From assembly GCF_964355755.1 (NCBI RefSeq), contig NC_092670.1:38118388-38182387 (forward strand): 64,000 nucleotides of DNA, given 5' to 3'. Both the position numbers and the translations under genes were made by a program. Below, piece by piece: positions 23,671 through 38,427 of this stretch (positions within the stretch are counted from its first letter, which is position 1; the number at the start of each line of letters is the position of its first letter). Under the pieces are notes generated by a model. The model had not been told where the DNA came from. It did no database searches and saw only the letters and a list, made by a program, of their open reading frames with translations. The DNA is from Antedon mediterranea. Taxonomy: Eukaryota; Animalia; Echinodermata.

Positions 23671-26414
23671 ACATAATGAATATGTAGGGATGTACAGTAG
23701 ATCTTATGGGAGTAAGACATGAACATGTGTACCTCGATCTTGTAGATTAAGTTGAGAAATCGAGCCACTTAATGTACATACAGTACAATACATTAGCCCC
23801 AAAAATATGCTTAGTTTTATTTCCTTCCCCTCATCAAATTTTTAAACGGCATAACTTTTGTTACTAATTTCAACCTATCCTTCTCATGTCTGTAAATCAC
23901 AATGGATTTAAGTAACTGTAACACCCCTCCTCATAAAAATGCTGTATAATAATATGGTATTGAAATTCCATCCATTGGTATTTAAAAGGAAGATGACATT
24001 AACATTTTCTAGAAGCAGATCAACAATTGACTAGCCATATTTTGGGTGCTGTGCACTTTATTTTTTTCGTTGAAATGTATAGTAACAATCGAGAATGTCG
24101 CAATCGCAATCCACTCACACTTTTGTCAAGGTTTCGTTTGTTGAGTATACAGGTAGTATGAATACTTAGAGTACTTTACTACAGGTGTGTTATTGTTTGC
24201 AGTGTTTATTTTTCTATCATAGTTCATTTCACCTATTTTGTCAAATGAATTGATGTCTTTACTTGTGGCTAAATTTCGTTTTAATCTACTAAGCCTAAAA
24301 GCTTGTGAATCATTCATGATCCTGGTTACTAATGATAGAGTGATGCTTTAATAATCTAGATAAATTATATTTTAATAGCGCCTGCCGTGGCGGGCCTCGA
24401 TGCAATTGATCAGTAAAATTGAACTTACTACAGTACAGTATTTTGCTATAGTAGATATACTTGGATAAACCATGGACTGATGAAAACAACAATGGCTATT
24501 ATATCTGAACTGACAGTTTTTCTGTAATTTTTGTACTTATTATTTATTCATATTGTTCTCAACAAAATGTATACTGAAATTACCTTTATCAAATCACCAT
24601 TGTGGTTGTCAACCAAATTGTCTTTTTAAAAATTCCAAATTACTTGTTCCTTTTGGGTTTAACTATAAATTATAACTAGCCCATCTATAGTAATAATGTT
24701 AATGGTGATCATACATTTTCATTTAAATTGTATTGTCAATGTGAAATTTGATAATGTAAAATATTGACATCATGTACTATGTAAATGTAGAATTTTACAA
24801 TATTGCTTTTAGCCATGAACAAGATACATATACTGTACTCTCATGTTTGAACTTTCCTGGTTCATTCAAGAAAAGAATATTTATGTAAATTATATGCGAA
24901 TTGCATGATTTTGGTTACTGTAACGCTCATTTCACATCCTGCAATGGTCGTTTGTATAACACCTTTTTGCTAGGAAGTTTCTACAGCTACTTGCATTAAC
25001 ACTTGTTATCAAATTAGTGTCTATTATCACATGGTCTATCACATGGTCTATCGCATGGTCTATCTGTGCATATTTTTCAGGTCAGTTGTGGCTGGAGCAA
25101 GCAAGCCTCAAGCTAAACTTGGGGGTGTAAAAAGTGTGTATTTTCAATGGTGTAGGCCATTTGGACACAAACAATAGAGTTCAAATCCAAGAGGTCGTTC
25201 ACCTCATTAATTTGGTCATTGTTTAAAACATATAGACAGTCCAGATTTTAATAGGATTTAAATTGTCCTCATTTTGGCAAAATTTGTCATTGTATTTTAA
25301 TTTACATGCGTCATTATATAAACAGTATAATACCCAATGATTCAAAATTAGAAAATTATTTTACTGGGATACATGCCCAATTTAGGATGCTATTGTATAC
25401 ATATTAGTTTGTTATTATTTTTCCATAAACAAAAGATTAATATCAGTAACATCAAATGATTGGAAAGTGCCCTAAATAGTAAAGTACAAGATTTAAATTG
25501 AAACTGTAAGTAAACAAAGCTTTTAGAGGTTTACAAAACCTGGTGGGTAAGCATTCCTCGCTTTGTGCCAAAGACCACTAAGGGGTTGATTGACAGCAGG
25601 TGGATTCCAGACATCCTCTGAGACCTAAATGATCCGCAGGTACTGTAGTCACAAGTTCATGATCCTATTCAAAAAGAGGACTTTTATTTTCATGGAAATA
25701 GGGTAATAAAAGAAAGTAGATCGTATTGGAATTTTTCTTTTATTTGTTGGTGCAAAGTTAAATGTGTGGTACTGATACCTGTGTACAGTATAGTGGATAT
25801 TCTATACAAGCTACCATAAAGAATACAAAATATGTTGTATTGTATTGTATACAGTAATTATCGCAGAGCACAAAAAGTAGTTAATCCGTAATTAAATATT
25901 AGTGTAAATTACAAACCAAATGGGCTTTTATGAAAGAGAGAAGCGTAAATGAAAAGGTCTCTACAAGATGATGTTTTGATTTCATAAAATATTGTTAGTA
26001 TAAAAATATAGGATACTACAGGCACAGTGCTTCCAGCGACAAGTTAATAAATAGGCATCTCTGGCAACTAAACATTTGATTGTAATTTCTGTTTTGCCCA
26101 TTATAAATGTAGTTCAAATACCTTTTGAAGTTCATTCACTTCTGTTTTCCCACTTATCTCCCTTTCCCTTCTTCCCCCCCCCCCCCCCCCCACACCTCCC
26201 TCGCTTCTGTATGAGTGTACAACTATCCTACTGAAATTTGACATTTATTCCAATTTCCAAACTAAACCAGGAAATTCAAGTGTACATATTTTTATTGAAT
26301 ATTATCTGTCTGTCGTTCTGCTCATTCCATGAGCCTGTTTCTAATGAGGTTTTGTCTGATAGAAGAAGGACCTATATCGGTTTATTCGAGGTTCATCTGC
26401 ACTGAAATGATAGG

Positions 26415-26500
26415 CTATTGCAACGATTTGATGGACTATTGCACCGATTTGATAGACTATTGCACCGATTTAATAGACTATTTCGCCGATTTGATAGACG
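26415..26500. repeat. 21-bp tandem repeat x4
   Basis: CTATTGCACCGATTTGATAGA units. Confidence 0.85.
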
Positions 26501-27059
26501 ATTAACCAATACCACTTTTCTGCTTTGTTTATTTGTCTACTGTACAGCAACCAAATATTTGTTCACTTTTCAACAACCTTGTTTCCAAATTTTAATAGCA
26601 AAAAAATACTCTGTACATGTATGTACACTTTAGATTTGGAGTTAGACTAATTAATTAATTAATGACTGATTGATGGACAGTTTTTGCTAATCTTTAAAAA
26701 TGTTAACTTTGATTATTTTGGGTCACTAAACATGTTTATGTTTGTTGTGTCAAATACTACAACTTTAAATTCTCTTTTCTATTTTGTTTGTCAATTGGTT
26801 GTGGCACACTGTAAGGCCACCTTGTGGTTTATCAGCTTTGTTTGGTAAATATAGTATTAAATGTTCCAACCCAGGTATTTTCATCACTTGTTATCAACAT
26901 TTTTGGGTAGACCCCAAGAGAGAATTCCAATACCAAATTTGATTTGTTATACATTTCACAGTTTTTCTGCATTTATGCAAATACAGTTACTATTAGCTTG
27001 AAACATGTGGTTACAAATGATATGTTCCGTCACAAACAAAAGAAAAAGTTAGATTAACA

Positions 27060-28627
27060 TTTTTGGTTATCCGCAACGAAGTTGCAGGATAACCTCTTGT
27101 GATTGTACGAAATCAACCTGTATGATTTTTGTGTAACGCTTTTCTCTAAAACTCGCAAACATAACATTTCGGTAACTATCTTAACATATTGACATTTACG
27201 TAACGTCGTCAAGCGAAGCTTTTCATGACGTTTACAATTGCGCAACGTGACTTACGCGCGATTTAACGATTTTGTCGTATTTAACATAGCTCGACAACCA
27301 AATAACATTTCAACTTGAAACTTTGCAAAAGTTTAATTTATATCATGCGCTAACTTTCTGTTGAAAAAAAATTGCGTGTTTTACACAAAGTTACGCGCGC
27401 ACGCGCATTTAAAATTTCAAAATGCGCAAAATTAATTTATAATCAACTTTCTACGCGTTTCATGTCGTTTTAAGCATGTCAAAAATTCCCACGCGTGCGC
27501 ACATTTTTACGTGTGCGGTGCGCACGTAGTATTGAAAACGTACTTTTTTCACGTGATTTATATTTTTCCAGCCTTTTCTAGTAATTTTACCAAATTTTAA
27601 ACAATTTCGACTTAAAGATACGTCATACGAGCACGTCGAATTGGACAATTTGCGCGCGTTTTTTATGAAAAGGTTAAAAAATTCGTTTAAAATATGCCTT
27701 TTTTTAAACAGTCGTAATTTCTAAACTAGACGGTCAACTTTTTGTGGATGGCATATTCTGGAAGTAGATGAGTTGTAGATATCGGATCAGGTATTAATAT
27801 GGCTAACCGGACATTGTGACGTCATCGTATGGCCACGCGAATATAAAATTTAGGATTTTTGTATCTTTCGTCATAGCTCATCACATTGAATAGAGCGCAT
27901 CTCCACTTATCCGTTTTCCATTTTCACCCCGATTTTGATTTTGTCTAGGTCAATCAAGTATCTTTCGCATGAGTTAAAAATATTTTAATTTTTTTGACGT
28001 CATCATGCCTAAAAATTTTAATCACGTGTGGCATCAATTTCATCTTTACAGTAAATTTTAATCTGTTATAGCTCGTAAGAATAAAACTTGATAATCACGA
28101 TTAAAACTTTTTATGGAAGCTATTGGATTGTAGATACGAAATTATGTAAAAATGTTGCCAATCGGATGTTGTGACGTCATCATATGGCCAGTTAAATAAA
28201 AAAGGTCGTATTTTCATCTTTTGCGTCATAATTCATTACATTTAAAAGAGCGCGCATCAATATTTCACGTATTCAAATTTCTTCTACACGCTAATACGTT
28301 GTTGCTGAGATAATTTCCTTTCGGAATTGCTAACTTCGCGTTTCATTTTAAAACCGTCAACATGTTAAAAATTGTAATAAATAGCGGGTCCCGTAATTTC
28401 ACCTATTCTACACTGTATGTGATATGGATACAGATTATACTGTGTATACTATATATGAATTTAAATAATAAAATTCAGCAATAACAACAGATCATATTCT
28501 TCAGTTCAGTTCATAATGCCAACGTGAACACTTCCTTTTGTCCTCAACCTATCCCCTTAATGTTAATGTTGCACCACTTGCGCGGCGGATAACCAAACTC
28601 GTCAAAGTGACGAGTTACATGTCTAGT
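27060..28627 (+). mobile_element. Non-autonomous Helentron/DINE-1-type (HINE) rolling-circle element
   Basis: 5' T-run plus subTIR TTGGTTATCCGC inside a hairpin; 3' GCGGATAACCAA, stem-loop AACTCGTCA-AAG-TGACGAGTT, then CTAGT; CpG-rich interior. Confidence 0.7.
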
Positions 28628-30005
28628 GCTAATCCTATATTTGTTTTTGAAAATTTAGATATCTACAGTATAGTGAAGAGTTTTAATATGAATTTTACTT
28701 ACTATACTATACTCTTACTAGGCCTATATTTTTGTATTTTAATACAAATTTATTAGTAAAGTAAATTTGTGACTATTTTTATAATACAGAAATGACAGTT
28801 TTTGATATTTTTCATTGTCAATCACCAACCCAAGATAAAATTATCTTGCAGAATGCCTCAAATCCAATTGGATTATCAATGTGCTACTTGTCTTGCTAAT
28901 AAAAAAGACAAAAATAACCGCAGCATGTTGTCAATACCGTTTCTTTTCAAGTGCAATCGTGTAGAAAACGACATCAGAATAGATACTTCACTGCGGCCGT
29001 GACTGTACAACTGATAGCCAATTGATGGATCAACCAAATTAGATCATTCTATTGTCACTAAATTTCTTCTTCCTGTCATTATTAATTGCAAGTTAGGATT
29101 GAGAGATCATAAAAAACTGCTAATAGTTTTTTGTATAAACTATTTAGTTGGGTGGGAGATGACAAAATAAAATGTTTGAAGAAGTACTGTCTGCCAAAAT
29201 CATGAAAGATAATACAGTTTTCTCCGGTAATTAATTTCCGCCCAATTTGTGGTGAAAGTGAGTAACTATTATGTAACATTAAAATGTCATATTCAACAAC
29301 AAAAATTGGGAGGACAATATTATATCTTTAAACTGTGCATGTCTTCATTAACAGAACTTAAAAGGAAACCGACAATCTTTAAAATTATTGTTGCCCAAGG
29401 TTACATCTCTGGAAAGTGAAAATGAAACCGTATAAAGATATTATCTTTTTGAATCACTGCTCTATATAAGATAAAAATTTATAGTTTATAACTGTCAATT
29501 TTAGCTAAAAAATGAATAATTTTAAATACACCCCTGTATGAAATCTGTAAGCTTTCGTTATATTATGGAATAATGAAAAAGTAAATCTAAATGGGCTATA
29601 GTATAATATAACCATGGATGGGGATTACTACATGATGAGGCCTGTAATAAATTGCTTTTTCAAGAATTTTTTCTTCCCTGAAATTCTCAGAAATAAATTA
29701 CAAAATGTTAATTCATGATGTTGGTTATGAACCATGACCAAATACCTACCTGCTACTTTCATTGACCCTAAAGATTAGCTGACCTCCGATTAGTCATGTG
29801 ATATTACTGAATGTGTACTAGTGTGATAGTGTGATCTATGCTCTTCTCTACATACAATACATCTAACCTACTACTGTACTAGTATACTGTAACCACAGAG
29901 CATTTTGTAATCAACTGTAAAATAAGTTTTAGATTAAATTATTGAAATTGACCAACTGTACATGGTTGACCATGAATTTTAAATGCCATGGACGTGTTCT
30001 CATAC

Positions 30006-30204
30006 ATGGTACTGTACATCAGGGAAAATGCAATGTTTTTCTAAATTTTGATTTAGAATAATTACTTATACAATATTAAAAAAGAAATAAATCATACATA
30101 AATTGATTATATGTATGATTTATTTCTTTTTTAATATTGTATAAGTAATTATTCTAAATCAAAATTTAGAAAAACATTGCATTTTCCCTGATGTACAGTA
30201 CCAT
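30006..30204. repeat. Perfect inverted repeat, 95-bp arms with 9-nt spacer
   Basis: 30006-30100 is the exact reverse complement of 30110-30204. Confidence 0.95.
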
Positions 30205-30239
30205 TCAATATTATAAATCCAAAGGCAAATTACTGAAAA

Positions 30240-30375
30240 AAAATAACAATGCTGTGGGTATCAGTGGCTGGATCTCAATGGAGATACAAAAAAAAGCGAA
30301 AAGCTAAATCAAAACGATAAAGTAAACAGCCAGAAAAGTTAGCAGAGCTTTCGGGCAACACTAGCCCTTCATCAG
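30240..30375 (-). mobile_element. Penelope-like terminal remnant with minimal hammerhead core
   Basis: Minus strand CTGATGA-A-GGGC(TAGTGTT)GCCC-GAAA-GCTC followed by a T-rich tail. Confidence 0.55.
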
Positions 30376-32664
30376 ATATTATATATATATTACGTCTTGC
30401 GAATCAAACTAGTGTATTTCACAAGTTAATATTTAATTAAATGTTTTCAAACACACATGGCCTACACAATCTTCTTACACTACAGACAATAGAAAAAGTT
30501 TTCAAATAAATACAGTATTATCATTATATTAATAGACTTGGAAGTGACACATGTGTTGATAATACTTCACTGATTAATCAGATTTAATTGGCTTTATCTA
30601 ATTTTCATATACAATAATTTATCAATCCATAAAAACACAACTTAAAATGTTTTCAAAATGTATGTACAGTATACACTTAAATGTGTTATGTACATTCTCA
30701 TCTACAGTAATCAGATGTTAAATTATAGAAAATATATATATATTTTTTACAATTTTTCCAAATTACAGTACTTTTCAAAGTAAAAGTGGAAGTTTTTTAT
30801 TCCCAATTTCCAATACAGTAAAATCTGGATGGTATTAGTAACAAAATATGAAATATTAGAAGTATTATAATAATTCGACTGAGTAAGTTTAAGTCAAATT
30901 TAGGTACTGTAAACTACTGTTCCTGTATTGTACAATATATTGTAGCCTCACTTTCCGGATAAACCAAAAATAGCCCTTCTTTCCAAAGTGAGAGATAAAA
31001 TATGAAAAGCAGAATTTTTAATTGAATGCCCCTATCCAAAAATGGTACGTACCAGCCGATTTTTTTTTCAAGAAGCCCATTGAATCAGCTTTATTTTTTT
31101 ACTCATCTTGTAGGTATTTAGATGTCCTAAAAGGTCAACTACATAACACATGGAAACAATTATTTTTTGACTAATATGCATAGTACTAATGCTACATACA
31201 CAATTTTACACTCCAGTAGAATTTATTCAATTTTAATTATATTATGGACTGTTATCAACAATATTTTATTTATAGGTTAATATTGATGACCTTTTACTTT
31301 TGATGACATCATACTTTAGTCCATAATTGGTTACTTTGACTTGTAACAGCGCACACAATAATGTCTGTCTTTAATTGTTTTGTCGATGTTATAATTTTAA
31401 CTCACAACTTTGTCCAGTTTTTAATTTTTATTCAGAAATATTTTATAGCGAAAACACCAATATGATAAAAATTAAAATATATTCCGTAAAGTGAAAATAA
31501 TGTACAGAGTTTTACATGTAGACACAAATATTGTATACAGTAGCCTTTCTGACTGGCTCATTCGCGCGATAATATGCGATCGATCAAGAACTGATAACGA
31601 TATTGAATTAAGAGTTATTATTTGATAGGTTAAGTAGCACTTCTCATATTTGTGTAATTGAATGTATTCGTTAAGATATTTACGATCACTTTCAACCAAA
31701 CATCAGGATTTTTAACACATTGATTCTTCACATCTTAAATTATAATAAACAGTAGAAGGTGTTCCTTGGGTGTCCCAAAGATCGGGACGTGTTTTTTTGT
31801 TTTTAACTTTGCACACTGCTAATACTAGTATTAATTATTACACACAAATATTTACAATTTAAATGATTAAAAATCATTTGTTATCAATCATCATCACTAT
31901 TATCATCATCAAATTCTATCATCTTCGCTTTCTGATCACCTTCAGTCTCAAAAACTATGTTACAACAAAGACTAAATAAATAATTCACCGGAAATCCCAA
32001 CAGACTTTACAAATTCAAATAGAATCGTGATCTTGCTAGGAATTTCCATTAATTTGAAACAGATCAGCAATTTCAGAAGATGTATTCAGATATGAAATCT
32101 TGTTAATTAATTCAGTTGCAATATTACTCAGTATCTTTACAATTTTCTGCCTGTGTTTTATTTCCGATGGGTTTAATTATATCAGAAAATATTAGCTGCA
32201 TTATGCATGCAATCAAACACTGAGTACTGTATGTATTCACTTCTATGTTGTCGTTGTTGATACATTCCCTAAAGCCTTCCAAATTCTCCTCTATGCATGA
32301 TAATACTAATAACAAACCTGATACACATACTGTAGTGCTAATGGACAATTCTGACCCAGGTTTTAGTACTTTTTATTAAGTACAATCATAACATCACAAG
32401 TACAATGACTGTTTATGTAATCTTTCGACAAAATACTGTATTTAACAGGTGGCAAGAGGGAATAGTTTTCCCTTCTGTGACCCCTCAACAGTACATTTTA
32501 GGCTGTCGATGATAGCATTGTTTCATCTGTGAACCCAGAATTCGTTTTTAGGCTGATGGTAATAACATTAACAATGAACCCTGCCAATTCATAGCATCCG
32601 GTATTCATCTTTACTGTACCTTCCAGTACTATATGCTTCAATTGTTTGTTTGTGAGTGTTCTAA

Positions 32665-32820
32665 GGCTCTGTCCACACTATCAAACTAGTTTGACTAAAA
32701 AGTGTGATGTTCCCAAATATGGTGGTGATATGCCCAAATATGGTAGTGATATGACATCATTTATGTCCATATATGGGCACATCATTTTTGTCACATAAGT
32801 TTGATAGTGTAGATAGAGCT
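32665..32820 (+). mobile_element. MITE family A, copy 3
   Basis: Same TIRs; two 21-bp internal units. Confidence 0.9.
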
Positions 32821-33008
32821 TACCAGTGTAATATAATCAGCCTTAAACTATGGTATTACCGCCTTTATTCCTAATAGGCCTATATTAAAGCCTCTACTTG
32901 AACAAACTCCCCCAAGTTTGGCAATAAAAATGTGCTGATTGAAGTTTGCTAGTGTAAACAAACTTTTGTTTGCAGATTCTGAGTTTACTAGTGTAAACTA
33001 GCCATTAG

Positions 33009-33119
33009 TATGGCGCGCCAAGCTGTCATTCATTCGGAAATAAAGATATCTTAGTTTTAAACTAAAACTAAGATACTGTAAATCTATTGCTTGAATCAAT
33101 GTCAGCTTGGCGCCCCATA
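33009..33119. mobile_element. ~110-bp hairpin MITE
   Basis: TATGGCGCGCCAAGCTGTCATTCATTC / GAATCAATGTCAGCTTGGCGCCCCATA, plus inner stem TATCTTAGTTTT/AAAACTAAGATA. Confidence 0.65.
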
Positions 33120-35611
33120 TATTATTGTACCTCTGTTTTGTTCCTACAGTATAGTACAGTATGCATAGGTTTTTTTTGTTCTTTTTTAGTAATTAGTAAC
33201 ATTCTTGTCTGGATTAGTTTATAAATTCTTCTTTTGTTTAAATTTAATTTCTGTATTAGCAAGAAGTGAAGTGTGAAGTGGCACACATTTATCACATGAT
33301 CTCAATTGTTGTTATAACTTGAGGATTTAGTTTAATATGCAAAATCTTTTAAGATGGTGTTTCCTACTAATATTAGTCAGTTAATTGAATTCTTGTGTTT
33401 AAACTTGATGTGTGGTGAAGCTCCTCTGAGAAGCCAAGTTTATCTACCAGGCACTGCATATACTCAATTATTAAAAATAGAATATCCATGTGATTAATTT
33501 ACATAATGTTAGATAAATTGCATAAAATACCAATGAAAATCCCACATCCAAATTTAGTATGATTATTTAAAAACAATTTTTTTTTTAAAGTATTTATTTG
33601 TAAGCGAGTTAGTGTAATGGTTTTGTGCAAATAGCCTTTTCCCCTTTGTATACTAGTTTAGATTAGGTCAAGGGTCAAGAATAGCTGTGAGCTACAGGTA
33701 CTGCGGACCTGGTTGTCATGTCAACATATGTTCAGTTTATAAAAGTTTTATTTTGAAGATTTGAAGTAGCTATATACTGTACACTTGACAAGTGTTGAAA
33801 TACTCAAGTGTACTTTCACCATTTGTAAGTTGTTGTTAAAAAGTTAGTAAAAAGGGTCGTTGAGCCAACGCATTTTGTTTTGCCGTGTTTTATACTATGA
33901 TATTTATTCAATTACGTCATTTGCATTTACTGTATATGTAGCAATGGTCTATAATAAAGACTACTTGCCACGAATTATAGCTGGCTAAGCGCTAAGACCA
34001 TTTACAGACCGCTTATAGCAATCCGCCGCACGATAGCTTGGCTGGTATAGGACAAAATAACATGCTTTTTAGACTACCTTTACCAGTAGTGTTCATTGTG
34101 TAAAAAGAATAATAGGATATTACTGTACAGTATACTATAGAACAGATATTATTAATATCTGTAATTTCCAAGTCAACAGAAAATTCTTTGGATCGTGTTA
34201 TCATGACTAAATATTCAATGCTAATATGTGTAGAGTACTCTTGTGAATTGACCTAATTTTAGATTTCATTTTTCTCTCCGATTTATTCATTATGATGGTA
34301 ATTGAATCGCGTTAAATTTAAGGAGATGTTTGCGTTGGTTAGCCTGGGGCTCAGTGGCCATATGTTGTCAAATGTTAAAAATTATTTATAGGCAAAATTT
34401 GATTTGAAGCATTGAGGTTTCCTCATATAGGTTAAATGATTGTTGAACTCGGTTCAACTGCATTTATTGTTACAGGCCTAGTCTCTTTACTTATAGTTAG
34501 CATTTACTGTCATTACTGTAACTATATCTTTTTACTATAGTATGCTTTTGGTATCTCAAAACCAGTATTTTAGCTAAAGCAGCCTTTTTAAAGACCCAAA
34601 TAAAGATTATTCAGTGTAAAGACACCCTTAATAATCTTTATTTGGGAAATGAAAAATGTTACCATAATAATTGTTTTTGATTTTTTTTCAAAAGTGAATA
34701 ACTTTATTAACTGCAAAATGGCCTATGGTATATAAAGTCTGATTTAATTAATCTTCATTTTTCATGTTTTTGGGGGACAGTATCCAGTAAATTAAAGAGA
34801 ATATTTATTTGATAAAATAATGAAATTAATTATTTTACAATGAAAATTGTTATGAATTTCTAGACATTCAGCTTGAAAAATGTTTAAATATTTTCTAGTT
34901 TCAATCCCAGCATGTTGTTCCTTTGGTCCCAGACAGATTTTCAATCGGAATTTATTAGCATTCAGATCCTTTCCTATATTGACCACATCGTGATGATTTA
35001 TCCATAGGGAGCTATTGTTATTCCTGTTGTTTGTGAAAAGTAATTTCCTCTAGTTAAAGTGTTGGTAATATAATCTTGGCTCGTGAGGTAAAATTAAAAC
35101 TGCTTTTTTCATCAATCAACTCAATAGGATTTCCTTCTGATATTGTTCAAAGATTTTGTTTTTTGTTCTCTCCACATGTTGCATATAAAAACCTAACAAA
35201 GACAATCAATCATTTTGTGAACTTCATCTGCAGCTGTCATATTCAACAATCATTTTAATACATTTCTAAATAAAAAAGGATGTGTTTCAAAAGAGAAAAA
35301 TCACCTGATGATTAAATCAACTCTCAAAGGTATTTTTAATAATCAACAAGAGAAACAAAAGGTTCTATTGCCAATGCAATCAACTTTAATAGTGTTTCTT
35401 CAGAGAATTTGGTTTCCATCTACATGTAGTTTAACTTATGCGTATTTATTATGTACATACAATACTTTATTTTAATTGTTAACAGTAGCTCATCTTTGAA
35501 CAATTCTGTACAGTAATATTTTAATCTTCATCGTTCCACAATCAACAAATTGATTATTACAGAACTACAATAGGCCTACAATAGGCCTACTAGAAGGCCT
35601 ACTTTTAAGTA

Positions 35612-35775
35612 GTGGCTGTGTGTGAACTAGTACACCAGGGTAACCCCCTACTCATCTCAAAAGATGTACAGTACTAGGTTCTTTAAAGTGCACAGGAAAG
35701 TGCATTTTGTGTACGCTGGACCTACGGTTTATAGTCCTTATACGAGAAGACTTGTTCTATCACCAGAACCATGGT
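35612..35775 (-). mobile_element. SINE family S, inverted partial copy
   Basis: Reverse complement of ~8325-8455 (GTGCACTTTAAAGAACCTAGTAC, GAGATGAGTAGGGGGTTACCCC). Confidence 0.75.
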
Positions 35776-38299
35776 TAAAGGGTGTGTTATTTTGCCATCC
35801 ATATGATTATATAATAAGTAACTATTAATCAACCTTTTTTACATATTTTGAATTCTGACTGCACAGGGGGTAGCCTTTTCAGAATGCACTCATGTAATTC
35901 CATTTGCTGTTAATTTTAACTTGTGGGTGTGGTTATTCCTTCAAGCTGTGGTATAATTGAATTGGGATGTATTGGAGTGTCTGTCACAGTCTCATGGTAT
36001 TTTAGGAAACTTTAAATATGTATTATGACACATTGCAATGATTCATTTAACTTTCTGTTCTATTTTGAAAATAAAAATATCATGATAGGTTTAATAAAAA
36101 ATTGTTCATACTACACTTTGCCATTGTATTCCTACAGTATTATAGCAGGATGTGGCCTGATACAGTATATTTCAAGTCCGCTTCCCTCTAAAGTTCAATT
36201 CTCCTGATTGTTTTTGATACGGGAAAAAACATCTTCATAATTTTAATACATTTATTATTTAGGCTCTACTACTAGGACCTTGTTTGTTAACTAAAGGTGA
36301 AAAATGAATTTTCCACACGTGGTACTGTACAGTACTCTACCATTGGTTACTATAGATATCGATGTCTAAAATAAATTATGTTTAAAAAAAGCGCTTTCAT
36401 TGAATAGTTTTATATTTTTATTTATAGTGCCCTCCTCTTTTTACTTCAGTATACTGTACTTTCCTGAATTCTATATTGTACTTTTCCAATTTGGGGATTT
36501 TATCAAAATGCCAAAATATTCTTACCGGAATTATTTATCATTTATTGCATACAGTACTAGTCAAATAGTTTTAATAACAATTTTTCTAGATTACCGGTAA
36601 TATTAATAGTAGCGTAATATATGAAAAGAACAATATTTAATTCAGAATGATAATGTGTATTATAATAATTAATAATATGATGAAGTACTACTGAATCAAT
36701 GGTTTCGGTACCTGAGTATTAATAATTGTATGTACTGTACGAGTTGGTCTGATATCTCATGAATAACATATCCTTAATTATTGATGATTATTACCCCAAG
36801 CTATATACTTATTTGATATAAATTACTACTTAGTAAAAAGCACTTAGCAACAAAGTAGCGTGCTCGGTAGGGGAGACACCTATGGATAAACTGTTGTAGG
36901 ACACGCACAAGGGAGATGCCTTCGGGCACGCTGTCGCTGGACGCTCACAAAACTGACACCTGTTACGAAATACAGGTCAACCAATAATAATCAAAATAGC
37001 TCCTGTATTTATCTGCTCCGCTGAAGCGTGACCACTGACAACATCAAATTAGTATTGCTCGAATTGTAGTGTTATCTTTCTCTCGGATGATGGCCAAATT
37101 TTTACAGTTTTACCCCTGATGTGTATTTCATATTATTATATTAAATTGTGTGCATTAAGATGTACTACACTATGATCTAATTTCATTTTGTTAATAGTAC
37201 ATTAGCAAATATTGCTATAGAATCCAGTAGTGTACCAAATGTTAAATATTGGACATTTACTTTACTAAGCCGACTGTACAGTATGATCACAGTATATAAT
37301 AACACACACAGTAATGTACCTTGATAAATATTATACTTCTAAATGGTTTAAAGTTAAAAAATGGTCACACATATTAATAAACTCTTACATCATAACAAAA
37401 CCATTTATAAATATCCTACATTTTACCTTTGAGAATATAAATAAAATTCATTTCCTATTTTACATCAATATTAAAAATGTTATTTATGGGAAGCCTTAAT
37501 ATTTCGGTAATAAAAAAAACCCCAAAATTTGAGGATTTCCTCAATAAAATGCTATAAATAAAATGTATTTTTTTTATGTCAACTTACTGTATATACTCGT
37601 TGTAACCTTTATTCCTTATAAAGTTTACCAATAGGCCTATGATGTTTTTCATTCTATATAATCTGTTTTGCTTTATGTACACGACAACTAACGATCAAAT
37701 AACAGTTTTTCACATCGCAACTTATACAACGTAATTTTGAAAACTACAACCATTTTTCTATATACATACAACGTACATTTCTAGTCTAACAAAAACATTT
37801 TTCTAAACTTTCTATTATTTAAAAGTCGAAGATAGCCAGGTCTCGGGTCCATTCTATTGTCGCCACAGATTAATATCTTCATCAGTACTTCTATGAATGG
37901 ATGATTAGGTGGGAACACGAACGCTAGTTGATCATACCCAGTACCGTTTTGATCGTACGATTAATCGGGAAACCACCTCACGACGATATAATCTGTTTGT
38001 TTAATTGAAAACACTAAACTACGAAAGATAATATTATTGCACAGTATGCTTTCTCCAAATGAATGCCAACATAAGCTCATTTGAATTCAACCTGGCAACT
38101 GCATTATCAGATTTATAATGTGATGATGAAATATATCAGTTATTATTGCATATTATTGTAGTGATTTCACAATTCTAATTATAAATCGCAATTCAATATT
38201 GTAGTCATTCACCATGCAGATATTTAATACTTTGATAAATCAATAGAATGTCTTGCAGAAGGTTTTTGCCTGAGTAGCTTTAATTCAAACTGAAGATTG

Positions 38300-38427
38300 T
38301 AGTGATATGCCCAAATATGGTAGTGATACTGTATGCCCAAATATGGTAGTGATATGCCCAAATATGGTAGTGATATGCCCAAATATGGTAGTGATATGCC
38401 CAAATATGGTAGTGATATGCCCAAATA
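38300..38427 (+). repeat. 21-bp minisatellite derived from the MITE family A interior
   Basis: GTGATATGCCCAAATATGGTA about 6 times, TIRs absent. Confidence 0.9.

Noticed and set aside
36830-37040. Possible second Helentron end or TE fragment
   Set aside because: Weak hairpin, no matching opposite end found
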